From NCBI GenBank assembly GCA_026023565.1, contig JAPETS010000015.1, forward strand, positions 310,001-374,000: DNA of 64,000 nucleotides, in the 5' to 3' direction. Positions within the stretch are counted from its first letter, which is position 1. The number at the start of each line of letters is the position of its first letter. The stretch comes from Cirrosporium novae-zelandiae (lineage: Eukaryota). Shown one piece after another: positions 11,419 through 23,800 of the stretch. Position numbers and translations under genes: made by a program. A model generated the notes under the pieces. That model had not been told where the DNA came from. It searched no databases and was given only the letters and a program-made list of their open reading frames with translations.

Positions 11419-14221
11419 TCATAATAACTCATCCATATCGTCATTCCATCCCAATGCCGCGTATATAGAATCCTCATCCCCATTACTCTTAGAAGAAATA
11501 TTAACCTTCGGATTACTTCCGATGCCAATGCTAGACATTCTCTTCTTCGCTGGTGTGACAGTCACCAAAGTCTCGTCACCGTCTTCGAGGCTTCTTTTCT
11601 TGGTGGGTGTATCATTGATAGAAAATACAGAGGAAAAAGATTTGGTCTTGTTACCGGAACTTCTTTGTAAAGGAAGCTTTGGTTTTTTAAAAGAAGCCCT
11701 CGATGTGTTTATTGATGATGTTAGAGGCAAAGACTTAGAGAATAGATTCTCGCCAAGCTTCTCTATGTCGATGAATTTCGAATGGCATTTTGTTGGGGTA
11801 TCATCGATCGAAGACATGCCTTTCTTCGTCGCTGACTTGCTGATCCAACCCCGCATGCTTTCAAAACTTGATTGTCTGCCACTAAATGCTGGGCGCATAG
11901 AAGATGAAGGCACTTTTATCCCACTTGATGGAATGAGAGGGCTTTCATCAGGGGTTGGTGTCATCTCTCTAACTGCTGAACTCAATACATCGCGCTTTCG
12001 ATTCTGTCCACTTGGAGTAGCCATAACCTCTACACCAAGTCCTAATGGATTCCTAACGGGATTTTTTGATTTCCTTGACGTATGCGAGGGAGCACCGGCT
12101 CTCTTCTCTACCGTGTCGGCGAACTCTTTCGCAACTAGTGCCCTATGAGGCTTTTTCAACGCATTTATAGCATTTTCCAATTCCGTCTTTTGACTCTCGA
12201 CAGCAGCTCGTCGCTTGAGTTTTGCTTCGACGGCTTGCGAGACCGCAGTTAAATCAACTTCGCGGTTATTATGGTGTCGCTTGGCAGCTGTCTGGATTCC
12301 ACCGCGACTGAAACTTGCAACTGAAGAAAGTGGGATTTCACTCGATTCACGTTTCATCAGGGCCGTTACATCTGACGTGGTGCGTGCGAGGGAGGTAGAT
12401 CTTTGTCTCAAAGCATATTTCTCATCTGTAAGAACTCTCTGGAGTGTACGTTTTTGCTGGGCAGCTCTATGATGTCGGGTAACCGGTTCACCCGGGCGTG
12501 CAACGATTCCAGCAGTTGTAGCAGATCTGTGAAGATGGGGCCGTTTTGGTTTTGGCGGAGACTCTGTTGCTGGATGAAGCTTTTGTGAGATTGTTCTGCA
12601 TTGATCTGGAAGACGTGAAGCGTAAAAAGGCACTATCACTTCCATGCAAAAGTCTCGAAGTGCAGTAGAATTTTTTACATCAGACGAATCTTGGGCTTTT
12701 TGTAGAGCTTGGCCTAGAAACTTGGGTGTAGCGCTACCCACGTTATCAATGTCAACTGACTGCCAGATACAGAGCCTATCCACAAGCAGGTCGAGAAGTG
12801 TTTTCAAGTCTTGTGGCTTCTTATTTTTTTTCTTTGTGTTTGATTGGGTCTCTGGTTCTTGATTTTGTTGCTCAGTCCCACCATTCTCATTCTGTGCTTC
12901 TCTATAAGACTGCTCCAGAGCTAGCACTTCAAGGACGAGAATAATCTGTAGTTGTGTCTCACGCTTTCGAAGATCCCCAATAAGGATCTTGACTTCATCC
13001 TCGATAGGTGTAGGTTTTGATATGTCAGGGTCCACCGACTCCCTCCCTTGCCACCACCTCCTGATATAGTCTTCTTCGTCTGGAAACAGTCCGTTTTTGC
13101 CGAGTTTGGCTGCTCTTCTTCTCTTCTTCTTTTTGCTTGGGTGAGACGAATCGTCTTCCAAATTACTATGCATGCAACTATTGCGAATCACTTGCGGTAT
13201 TGCGTCCTTATACTTTGTGTCCATACGATTAAGAGGAATGATTCTATCCCGAAGCACATCGATTAAATTAGTAATAGCATTTGATGAACCTTCCGTGCCA
13301 CCAAGACCAACGCGAGTTCGAGAAAGTGGTCCCTTGACAAAATATGAAAGAGGAGTCTTTGACATATAGAGAGCTTCCATATATTCTTCCGTGGCTGGCC
13401 TTAGGTTCGGGATGCCTTGTAGTTCTTCTTGTGTGTCTTGCAATGTTTTTGGTACGGATTGGATTTGAGCTTCAATTGTAGCGGTTTCAGAAGGACTGGC
13501 ACTTTGAATCGGAGTTGGAGCTGTCTCGGTTTCGGGGGGCTCCATTGATAATGATAAGGGAAAAGATATAGTCTTTGCTTTCTCGCTCCTGAGATTCTGA
13601 AGAACTTCGGGTCCAATAGCTGCACTCGCCCACCATTCCTGACAGCCACCATTGTTAGGAACTGGGGCCCCGAGAATAGCTTCATTCTGTGTAGTACTAG
13701 ATGGTTTGCCAAGCGCTTTTATATCAACCCAGTCCCATAGTTTACATAGAGAGTAAACTCCTTCTTGTACCCATTCAATAGCAAAAGTCGAGGTCTCGGC
13801 TGTATTTCGAGCTATAAAAACAACAGGCCTAGTCCTGCGGCTTTCAATTTCCTCCTCTAAGGGAGGTATGTGTGCACTGAATAGATTGGATGAGAAGGCT
13901 CCAGGAATAGAATTAGTTAAGTCGAGAGAAAATAATGGTAGATCGGATCGAGGAATAAGTAGAATTGGTATCAATGTTAAAGGTTTTTGGTATGGAGACG
14001 AGGGGTACGGCTGTTGTGGGGTGTTAGAACCAAAGTTATAAAATTGAATGGTTCTAGGTCCTTACGCGAATAACCAATGGCTCCTGTAACAACTCCTTAG
14101 GTACATCTGGAACATCTGGTTCTCCCTTATTCAAAAGCAGCCCTATTTTAGAGTACCTGGAGCTCTTTTTGACCTCAGACGGGGCCAAACGCGGCGTGAC
14201 TGAGGTCGTTTGGGAGGGCAT
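11419..14221 (-). CDS. SLD3: DNA replication initiation regulator Sld3 (intron 14011..14065)
   Basis: YMEALYMSKTPLSYFVKGPLSR, RETQLQIILVLE, LLVDRLCIWQ and FCMEVIVPFYASRLP match the Sld3 core. Many C-terminal S/TP sites. An upstream 52-codon exon splices in frame. Confidence 0.85.
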
Positions 14222-14372
14222 TGGTGTTATGAGAATTGAGCATTGAAAGATATCATCTTACAAGGATGTGTGATATGATATACAATTAAGGAAATACGAG
14301 CATCAAAAAATGGGTAGTAAGAATGGTGGGTGGCATTGAATATAGATGAAGAACGCCAACAATCTTTGCGTC

Positions 14373-14378
14373 ACGCGT
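14373..14378. promoter_or_regulatory. MCB element (ACGCGT) upstream of SLD3
   Basis: Exact ACGCGT about 150 bp upstream of the SLD3 ATG. A single hexamer could be chance. Confidence 0.4.
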
Positions 14379-15127
14379 CTTCGTATCACGTCCTTGGATC
14401 TGATGAACATTGGAGACGGGAGTAGGTGAGATGTTTGCAATGTTTGACTTGTTTGGTTGAGGAGGTCCTCGATAATTTCGCTTGAATGGCTTGGCGGTTG
14501 GCGTTTAACTGTCATCGACGTGGCTTTCAACTGTGGATTTCCGGTGGCTTGAGCCGGTGCCATGGAGTTGACTCTTTTAAGGCTAGAGGGTGTTACTGGT
14601 GTCACTGGTGCCAAGGGGAATTGAAGGTCTCCTGTTCTGAGTTGTACAACCTATTTTTAGCTCAGGAACAGCCGTTTATAGCCAAAGAAGTGCGTTCAGA
14701 TGCAAAAGATGGTCGTTGATCATAGAATCTTAGGAACTTTCTAGCAGGGAAAAAGCAAGGGAATAAGCAAATGGGGCTCAATGGGATTAATGGGGCGTCC
14801 AAGGGCCCCTTTTAATTTCATCCAATAACTCCAGGGAAATTCAGGTCATGGCCAATCAATCTATCCCTCCACTTTCAGCCAAGCATTTCCTCCACGTCTT
14901 TTAGGCCTTTAAACCGCTGTTTCTCTACCAACCTTCAATCTCAATCCTTCTTCAAATACTTCAAAAACACACCCTTCCTTCTTTCTATCTTTATTCTTTA
15001 TTCTTTAACGGAATAACTCTTGAGCAACATTTTGCTCGACACTCATTTATTAACGTATATACCTAATTTACTTCATTGTCCAATACGCCATTTACCAATT
15101 AATTCTCGATCCAATCTTCGATCAAAC

Positions 15128-16217
15128 ATGCGTTTTTCAACCGTTGTGCCGCTTGCACTTGCAGCAGCACCAGCTGTGGTGTCTGCTGGAGGCCTTGGGG
15201 GCACTCTTGGATTTGCTCTTGGTGATAAAAAAACCGATGGATCCTGCAAAGCACAATCCGACTATGAAGCCGATCTCGAGGCTATTGGTGACGTGGCTAC
15301 CATGGGTGTCATTCGCACATATGCTGCCCATGAATGTGACCAGGCCAAGCTTTTGATTCCTGCTTGCAAGGCCAAGGGTTTCAAGGTTCTGCTCGGCATG
15401 TGGTAAGTACTATCTTAATACTCTGCTCTATAATAGAGATCAGGAATTAGCAAGGCTAATTCTAGCAGGCCTGACACCGAGGAATCCTTCCAACTAGATT
15501 TCACTGCATTAAAGAACAACGTCCCAGGAAATGAGGACTACGTCTACGGTATCACTGTCGGATCTGAGGCCCTGTACCGTGGAGATTTGACCGGAGAAGA
15601 ACTTCTTACCTACATCAATAAGGTCCAGGCCGAATTCCCGTCTCTTCTGATTGGAACTGCAGACAGCTGGAACAAATATACTGATGGTTCTGCTGATGCT
15701 CTCATTGAGGGTGGCGTCGAGCTTTTGTAAGTTTTCATGTTGTAAATGCTCATGTGATTAATTTCTGATCAATCCCTAGCCTTGCAAACGGTTTCTCATA
15801 TTGGCAAGGACAAGCAATTGACAACGCTACTGCTACGTATTTTGATGATATGATGCAAGCTCTCGGATACATTCAAAACAAAAAGGGTTCCACTAGTGGC
15901 TTTACTTTCATGACCGGAGAAACTGGTTGGCCTACTAGTAAGCATTGATTGCATCTTTATAGTTAGAGTATTACTAACCTCGTTCAGCTGGTGGTACCGA
16001 TTATGGAAGTGCCATTGCAAGCACTGCCAACGCCAAAACCTTTTTCAAGGAAGGTGTCTGCGGAATGTTGGACTGGGGTGTAGATGTCTTCTACTTCGAA
16101 GCTTTCGATGAGCCATGGAAGCCAGCCTCAACCGGTGACAACGGTGAATCTGAAGATGAGACTCACTGGGGTGCCTACACTTCGGCCCGCGTTGCCAAGT
16201 TCGACCTCACTTGCTAG
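15128..16217 (+). CDS. BGL2: Secreted GH17 beta-1,3-glucanase/glucanosyltransferase (Bgl2/Bgt1 type), three introns
   Basis: Signal peptide MRFSTVVPLALAAAPAVVSA, catalytic motifs VGSEALYR and GETGWP, FEAFDEPWK. Introns at about 15403-15468, 15727-15779 and 15938-15987. Confidence 0.88.
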
Positions 16218-16797
16218 AGAAACCAAACCCAAGTTTGATTTGTCGACAGCGCATTTTCTTTCAAAACGCGTCTTCAAGGCGGTGAAAAATTAGCGGTGCA
16301 TTGGGAATTGGACATTAACTACGCCTTGGAAGATTATTGGTTGTAAATTTTTTGGTTTATGGACACAATATCAGCCGAACCAACGTTGAAATAGGCTTGG
16401 TATTAGTAGTTAGGGTAATAGCTCTCGCTCACCAATGTGTTCATTGGATTGTTTATATCACATGGGTGTCTTCTCTACCGGCTATCTTCCTTTTTGCTAT
16501 ACTGTGCCTTTGCTTTTTGGTAGGCCGTTTTTTGTGCTTAAGAACAAACAGAAGAAAATTTTTGTTGATAATCTTTGCGCGTTATTAACTTGACTAGTAA
16601 TATATCTATATCTTAGCGAATGTAGTTATCTCTAAATAGCCCATCTAACCCACCCAACCTACCCACCTAACCTACCCCCAAACAAAAAAAACTTTCTTAC
16701 AATATTATTCGACTATTCGACTATTCGACTAACGTTAACATTAACATTGCCTACGTTTTCATTTTGTTTGCGAAAAGTGAGTTTAAAACGAAGCATG

Positions 16798-16826
16798 AAG
16801 AAGAAGAAGAAGAAGAAGAAGAAGAA
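16798..16826. repeat. (AAG)n trinucleotide microsatellite
   Basis: Direct reading. Confidence 0.9.
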
Positions 16827-17815
16827 ATAGAAAACTATATTCTTTTACGTTTTGTCTGTAACGAATTGATTAGATTGATGAAATATGGGGTTGGATTCGG
16901 TTTAATATCGTATTGGATTGTTATCGTACCCTAGGGAAAAAAAGAAAATGTTACTAGAAAAATAGAGGAAATATACAATATCAATTAGTGCGCTTAATTC
17001 TTTAGACTGGGGGTTTTTTTTCATTTATCAATAGCTCTTCTTAAAAAGGGAGAAATGTGTTGGATGAATGTTCAAACACGACACACACCATAATATAAAA
17101 CCAATACTCTATATTCTTTAAGCATATAGCTTTAAACATCTAAGCTTATACACACTCGTTCATTTGTTTAATATAATATCTACATATGATAACACCTCAG
17201 ACACTTACTACTTTTTTAAAAGCACACCCGAGCGATGGAACAAGGCTTGATAACATTCCATTAGATTAAATTCTAAAAATTCTTCTTCTTCAACTTATCT
17301 GTACCTCTTTCTCAAAACAAAAAGGGGTAAAAAGGGGGTATTCTTTTCAACGAAACAATCGACACAAAACATAGAAACCAATTATCCAACAAGGTAAGTA
17401 ATTCTCCAGAAGGGTAGAAAACAGCGCCGAAAAATATGCAAGACAATCTGATAAGGCGCTTTAGAATTATTTCTAAACAGTAAGACATTATTCTCCCCTT
17501 GCCAATTCAGAAAAGACCGGAAAGGTGGAAATGTAAATGCAAACGTTATCCACTTTGCTCTTCTGGGTCCATTCATATTCAACTTTTTGGGGCCTCATAG
17601 GACGCAAAACCGTATTCAGGGTTGCTCCCCTGCGTCTTCCTTCGTGTATTCACGACATTATCTGTAATGAAACAAAATAAATAAGAGATAGAAAAGTGTT
17701 TCGTATGTCCAAAAAAAACGAGCGTAGAACACATACACGTCCACCGCTTGTACTCATATAAATTGATAATGAAAAAAATCATCGTTGTCCAATCTTATAA
17801 ACACTCCACCACATA

Positions 17816-20800
17816 CTACTCGCTTCCTACCTCAGGCGGCTCCTCCCCTAACTCATCTGCCAGGGAGGGCATAACCTTCCTAGGACTAAAGGGCTCTTCC
17901 TCATCCTCCGTACCTATTTCCTCTTGGGGGCTAACACTGCCCCCGAGTATACTACTCTCATTGTCATCGCTCTCTTCAAACGCGCTAGCATTAAAGTTTG
18001 CAGCTTCTGCATCCTGATCATATGACCCCTTCCTCATTAACGGAGGGGTACTAGGCGGCTCTAGGGAAGATGGAGTATCGTCCTTATTCCCTAGTGGCCG
18101 AAGGGGCCGCATTTGTCCACTATATGACCTCAACGGTCGACTGCTAGTAGGTTGGCGTAGAGTTGGAATATCAACTGCCTTGGGTGTTTGCCTCAGGCTG
18201 GTACTTGGGGGAGTTAATAACCCAGCGAGAAGACCGTGCGAGGAGGAAGGCTTTGAGGGAGTCTGACTTCCGGTAGAAGCGGCATCGGAGCTGTTACTGG
18301 AGTGACGATCTCGGCCCTTTTGCCAGCTCCTCCAGGCAGCGGCAACACCCAGAGGAAGAGCACGTGGAGACGATACGACATTAGAGATATTTGCAAAGGA
18401 AGGGAAGGATTGCGTTCCAGACATAGCCTTTTCCTTTTCTTGTTGTTGCATTTCGAGATTGGCCTTAAGACGAATGGCTGCGTCCTTGGCGGCTTCTCTG
18501 TTGTATGACGGTGAAGAGAGCGTCCTGATGATATCTTGGAGGTCATCAATCCGAACACTAAGGAGCTCACGTAGCCAATTAACTTCGATTTCCTTCTCTT
18601 TCACCTTCCGAGGAGCCTCCTTGTCAACCTGGGAGAGTTCATTTTCGAGCTGCTCGATGCGAGCTTCACGCTCTTGAAGTTGCTCTTGGAGAACTATGAT
18701 AGATTCGCGTAGGGCTTGTGGAGAAATCCTTTCGGGCATATTTGTGAATACACTAGCGGTTGCTGTGGAATCTAGATTGGGGATTGGGGTAATTGTTTTC
18801 CCTGACACGGCTGCTTTAGCGGCAGCATTTGCAGCAGACTTAGCAATCTCGAGTTTCTCTTGCAGATGAACAACCTTATCTTGCATGTGTCTAGTCTTCT
18901 CGTCGGCAAGGTTCAAACGTTCAAGTAAATGAGCTTCGGTTCGCTGCTTATCCTCAGTGACATCCCGTAGTGTTCGAGCATGATGATCTTTCAGTTCCTC
19001 CAAAGTCATTTCATGGAAGCGATAATGCTCTTGCATGGCATTTTCTCTAGCTTCAGCAGCTTCTCGCAAAGCATTCTTCTTTGATTCTAGCGCTTCATCT
19101 AGTATCAAATCATGCCTTACTTTGGCTGCATCGGCATCCATCTTAGCCTTGTCCAATTGTGTTCGTAATAATATTGCTTCACTTTCGAAATGAGATTTGG
19201 ATGTATTAACCGAATGTTTGGCAGCTTCAATGTCAGCTTGCATCAACGCCTTGGTCCGCTGAACTTCCAATTTAGCACCCTCACGAGCAGTTAGGAGATC
19301 TCTTTCCAAGGCCGCAGCATGCTTCTGATGATCCAACGATTCTTGTCGAAGCTGGCTTGCTAATTCTTGAAGCTTAGTATTTTCTTGCTCATAGCGCTCA
19401 TTCGAGAATCGGAGCATTGCAGCCTCTCTAGCTTGGTCCTTCAACCCACGAATCTCAAGTTCTTGTCGCTCTCGTGCTTTGGAATTAGCGTTGGCTTGAG
19501 CTTTTAATAGATCGACCTGGGCTTGATATTCCTGATCTTTTCTCCTCCACTTGGCTTGGTCTTCGGCGATGTTCTGTGCAGCCACAGTCATATCTTCCTG
19601 GAGCTTGTCGAACTTGCTACGCAAGGTTTCCCGAGCCCTGAGACTGTCTTCCATGACATCCTTCATTGAATCTATTGTTCGTTTCAAGCTAGCGTTCTCG
19701 CCCTTAGTTTCCTGAATCTCCCCTTTCCATTCGGTCTTAGAAACTCTATACTCCTCTAGTGTGCCTTCAAGAGCAGAGTTCTTAACCGCCAGTTGCTCAC
19801 CAGCCTCTTTAAGTTGCTCAATTTCTTCTTCAAGGGATTCCGCATGATTCTGAGCGTCAATAAGCGCACGCTGTCGATCGTCATGGAAGTTACGTAAGCT
19901 TCGCTCGCTTTGTTCAGCAGCTTCGCGTTGTTGGGAGGCTTCTTCTTCGGCATTACTTAGACGAGATTTCATCTCCTCAAGCTCCTCTTCGACGGCACGG
20001 CGCTTCCTAGCTTCCTCTTGTGCTCTACTATCTGCAACCTTGAGCATACTTTCCAAGCCAGTGAGCTGCAGTTGCATCTTCTCTTCCACAGCAAGGTCGC
20101 GACTCCTGCTAACCGGATTATCTTTCATCAGGTTTTGGGCAACAATTGCCTCCTCAACAGCAGATTTTATCATCTCAGGATCAACCTTGGGAGTTGCCTC
20201 GACCGCGGAAGGAATCATTGTTTCTTTGAAGGCTACCAACGCTTCAACCATGGACTTAGGTACCATCGATTCTTTGAGAGCCGCGAGAGCTTCCAGGATC
20301 TCGGCAGATTCATTACGGGGTTGCTCCACTTTATTGAATGCAGTAAGATGAGCAGAGAGAGCGTCTAGAACAGCGGTTTTAATCAATTCTGGAGTAGATT
20401 GTTCAGTTTGTACTACGGTATTGTGAGCAGAAAGAGCATCGAGAACGGCTGTCTTGATGGCATCTGTCTTTCTTTGGCTTCGCTGCCAAGGGGATTTGGA
20501 TCGTGGTTGAACATCTACCTCGTCATCATCTTCATCATCAGCATCACTATGTACCACTTCAGCTGACATGCTTCTCCTATCTCGTCGGCTTGTCGAACGA
20601 GACGTAAGCATAACGAGCGACTTCTGCATAGAATCTAGAGCCTGCTCGAGTGGTCCTAATCTATGATCCAGGATGTTCCCAACAATATCATCAACACGAG
20701 TATCGAAGAAAGGTCCGCGCTGCTGGAGCTTGACGTCCTCACTCGGAGAGACAACACTATCCCAGTCGCTGATAGTAACATCTTCCGGATTATTGAGACG

Positions 20801-23800
20801 GTGAACAGGTGATTCGTATCTACGAATAGGAGAATCATCATACAAGAGCTGAGGCATGGTATCATCCTCAGGGCTTTGCTTAGTCTGTTGGTCGATATCG
20901 GTACTATCATGAGGCAGATGTTGATGAGTATCTAGCTTTCTAGGACTTGGGCTGGGTGCGTCGCTTCTCGGGTTGTACCTCTGATTTGGACCAAGGAAAG
21001 TTTCCTGCGTCAAATTACTCTCGTCCTGGCTAATCGGGCTGATCGGCTCCTCGTCATGAAGCTCTTCTGGTTCATCCAAATCCGAGTCTTCATCATTGAG
21101 ATGTTTCATGACAGCATCTATTTCGTCAAAACTTGGCTCAACTAGTGCCTCATATTTAAAGTTTCCACTTGCTGAGAAAGGAGCAGTTTCGTGTCGGTCT
21201 ACAGGCTCATCTAGATGCAAATCTGTTTCAACAGAAGCATCATGTTCTTCAAGTTCCTGCTCATATGCAGGTGGTGGAGAGGCTGCAGGCGAAGACGAGA
21301 ACGCAAACCGTGAGTCTTCTAGACCACCCTTTAGTATGGGCTGAGGAGTACCCTTCCGGGGGGATTTGACAGAAGTCATCTTCGGAGATGGTGAATTAGA
21401 TGCTGCGAAAGTGAAGGTACCGCTAGCGGCAAAAGTTACCGGTGCTGATTGTGACGACGAATTTGATTTCTCTGTATCAGATGCGCTTTCGAAAGTATAA
21501 TTCTTGATATCTTGCTTAGGCGAAATCTTGGCTTTACCCTCATCGGCAGTATTCTTGACCGCATTGTGGCTTAATACATCGTTTAGCATTGGAGGCCTTG
21601 CTGCATTGAAACTTGCGGCATCGTCTGTATGATCAAATTCAAACGGAGACCATTTATCCGGACTAGGTTTGTGATCGTCCTTAGGCTGAGCAGACTCTTT
21701 AGCCAGTGATTTGTGTTCAACTTCTTCGTTAGCGGTGTCGAGAGCAAGAGTAACCTTCCTTTTTTCTTGTCCAGCTGATCTGGGCCTTTGTGATTCTGGA
21801 GATCGTTGAGGTTTCAAGCTTTCTGGAACAGTCGTCGACTCAGCAAATTGTGGTTCCTGATCTTCAGCATCCGGTTCATGCCGAACTCTCTTAGTACGTT
21901 TATCACCCATTGATACTCTACCAGACCCATCTTCTAGATGCCCCTCTGATAATTTCTCTTCATTCTTCTCGGTATCCTCAGGCTTACGAATGGTGATAGC
22001 CTTTGATGCTTTGGGAGGTTTGACATATTGCCCAAAAGTAATATCACCGAACACATTGCTCTTGACGGTCTGTTCAGTTGCAAGATTGGCCTGAAAGTTT
22101 GGTGTATTTGGTGTTCCAGACGCTGGACCCCAATTTAAGCCATTTCCAGCCTGGAAAGCTGGTCCTGTAAAGTTAAAGTCGGATTTTGGCATGAAAGGTG
22201 CAGCGATGGCACTGGGTGTGAAGCTAGGTGCAGCGACATTGAAGCCTTTTGGAATACCAGGAGTCGAGTCCTGCCCTTCAGATTGCTCCTTAGCTTGGCC
22301 TAGAGGATTGTTCTGGGTCTCGGTTACGGGCTGGCTGATATTTGAAGAAGGTGGTTTTGGTTCGAAGTGGAACTCCTTGGCTTCGACATTGAACTTCGAC
22401 AAAGAGGGTTTTGGATGATGGCCAGATATAGTAGAGTTGTGTCTTTCTTTAGGCAAAACTGTACCTTCCCAGGGATTTGGAGCCGCCGCAGATTTAGCAT
22501 GCTCCTTTTGAAATTCGAATGCATCCTTGAATGCAGGCGAGTTAGATACACTGGGATTTGTAACAAGATCAGAAATCTCGCCCTCCTTAAGTTCTTCCTT
22601 TCTGAAAATAGCTTCTTTTCCTATTGGATGGTGTTGAGAAAGGGGATTTAGAGGGTCATGTTGTTTTCCGTTGTGTAGAGGACCTCTTAGATCATATATC
22701 TTCTCATCTTCTTGTAATTTCTCGTCATCCTCATCCATTTGCCGGCGAATCGATTCTTCTAAGTGATATTGAGAATCATCAATTTCTTTTTGCAATGTCT
22801 CACTTGCGCTCATCTGTTGATTCTGTACCGGCTCCTCCATATGATATTGTGCATTATCAACTTCATTTTGGAGATTCTGGCTGAGATTGTGATGATGACC
22901 GCGAGGAACTGGCTGAACTAGCTCTGGGCGATGGAATTCCGCTGGGGAGAAGCTACCTAACACGTCACCCGCACCTGTTTTGGATCGCATACGCTGGGAA
23001 TTCAATTTCAATTGTTGCTGTTGTTGCTGTTGTTGCTGCTGCTGTTGATCCAATATATGAGCCTGTAGCTGTTGCTGTCTCATTCGGGCTAGTAGTTCAT
23101 TTTGTTCGTTGGGCATCCCCGTGATGCCTGGAGAAATGTCGATAGATCCAGAACCCAATGCATGAGCAAGACTTGGATGAGTACCATGGAAAAATGGTGT
23201 GCTGCCTCTTGAACCGTCTTGCGATTCGAAGTATTGTAATGGTGACATTATTCCATTTGCAGGCGAAACGGCTGATGATGGAATTTGGAACGGCGATGGG
23301 AAAGACTTTTGATTCATGCCGAACGACACCGACCCCCTTGGAATATGAAGATTACTTGGGTGTACACCAGCATATTGGGAGGCGGGCGATGCAATTGAAC
23401 CGGTTGGGTTTGTAGAGGCATTGAATTGTGGAGAGAACGGATTTGGTGGACCCATTCCATGTCCACTGGCTCTGGAAGAGGTAGGCGGTGGTGGTGACAT
23501 CGATGGAAGTCCATGATGGTGTGCAAGTATCTGCTGTACACCTGGCAGTGAGGGTGTTGCACTGGCGCTGGCCGAGGGAGGTTCGTCACCAAAACTTACT
23601 CCTAAAGCGCGAAGTTTCTCTTCGTGGAGGAAATTCACGTAGGCGTCCCAGTCTCGTTGATCTGGTACGCTCACTTTATAATTGCCATTCTTCCATTCTC
23701 TTTTCGACTCTTCAGGATCTGGATAGACCAAACGGCTCTGGCCTCCAGCCTCAGCAATATCATTCCTATTTTGAAATTGAAATCCCATGGTATCATAACC

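Noticed and set aside
11378..12148. 256-aa + strand ORF
   Set aside because: Antisense to the SLD3 C-terminus, with no independent motif.
14303..14614. 103-aa ORF upstream of SLD3
   Set aside because: It has a non-ATG track start, lies in the divergent SLD3/GH17 promoter, and has no splice link or motif.
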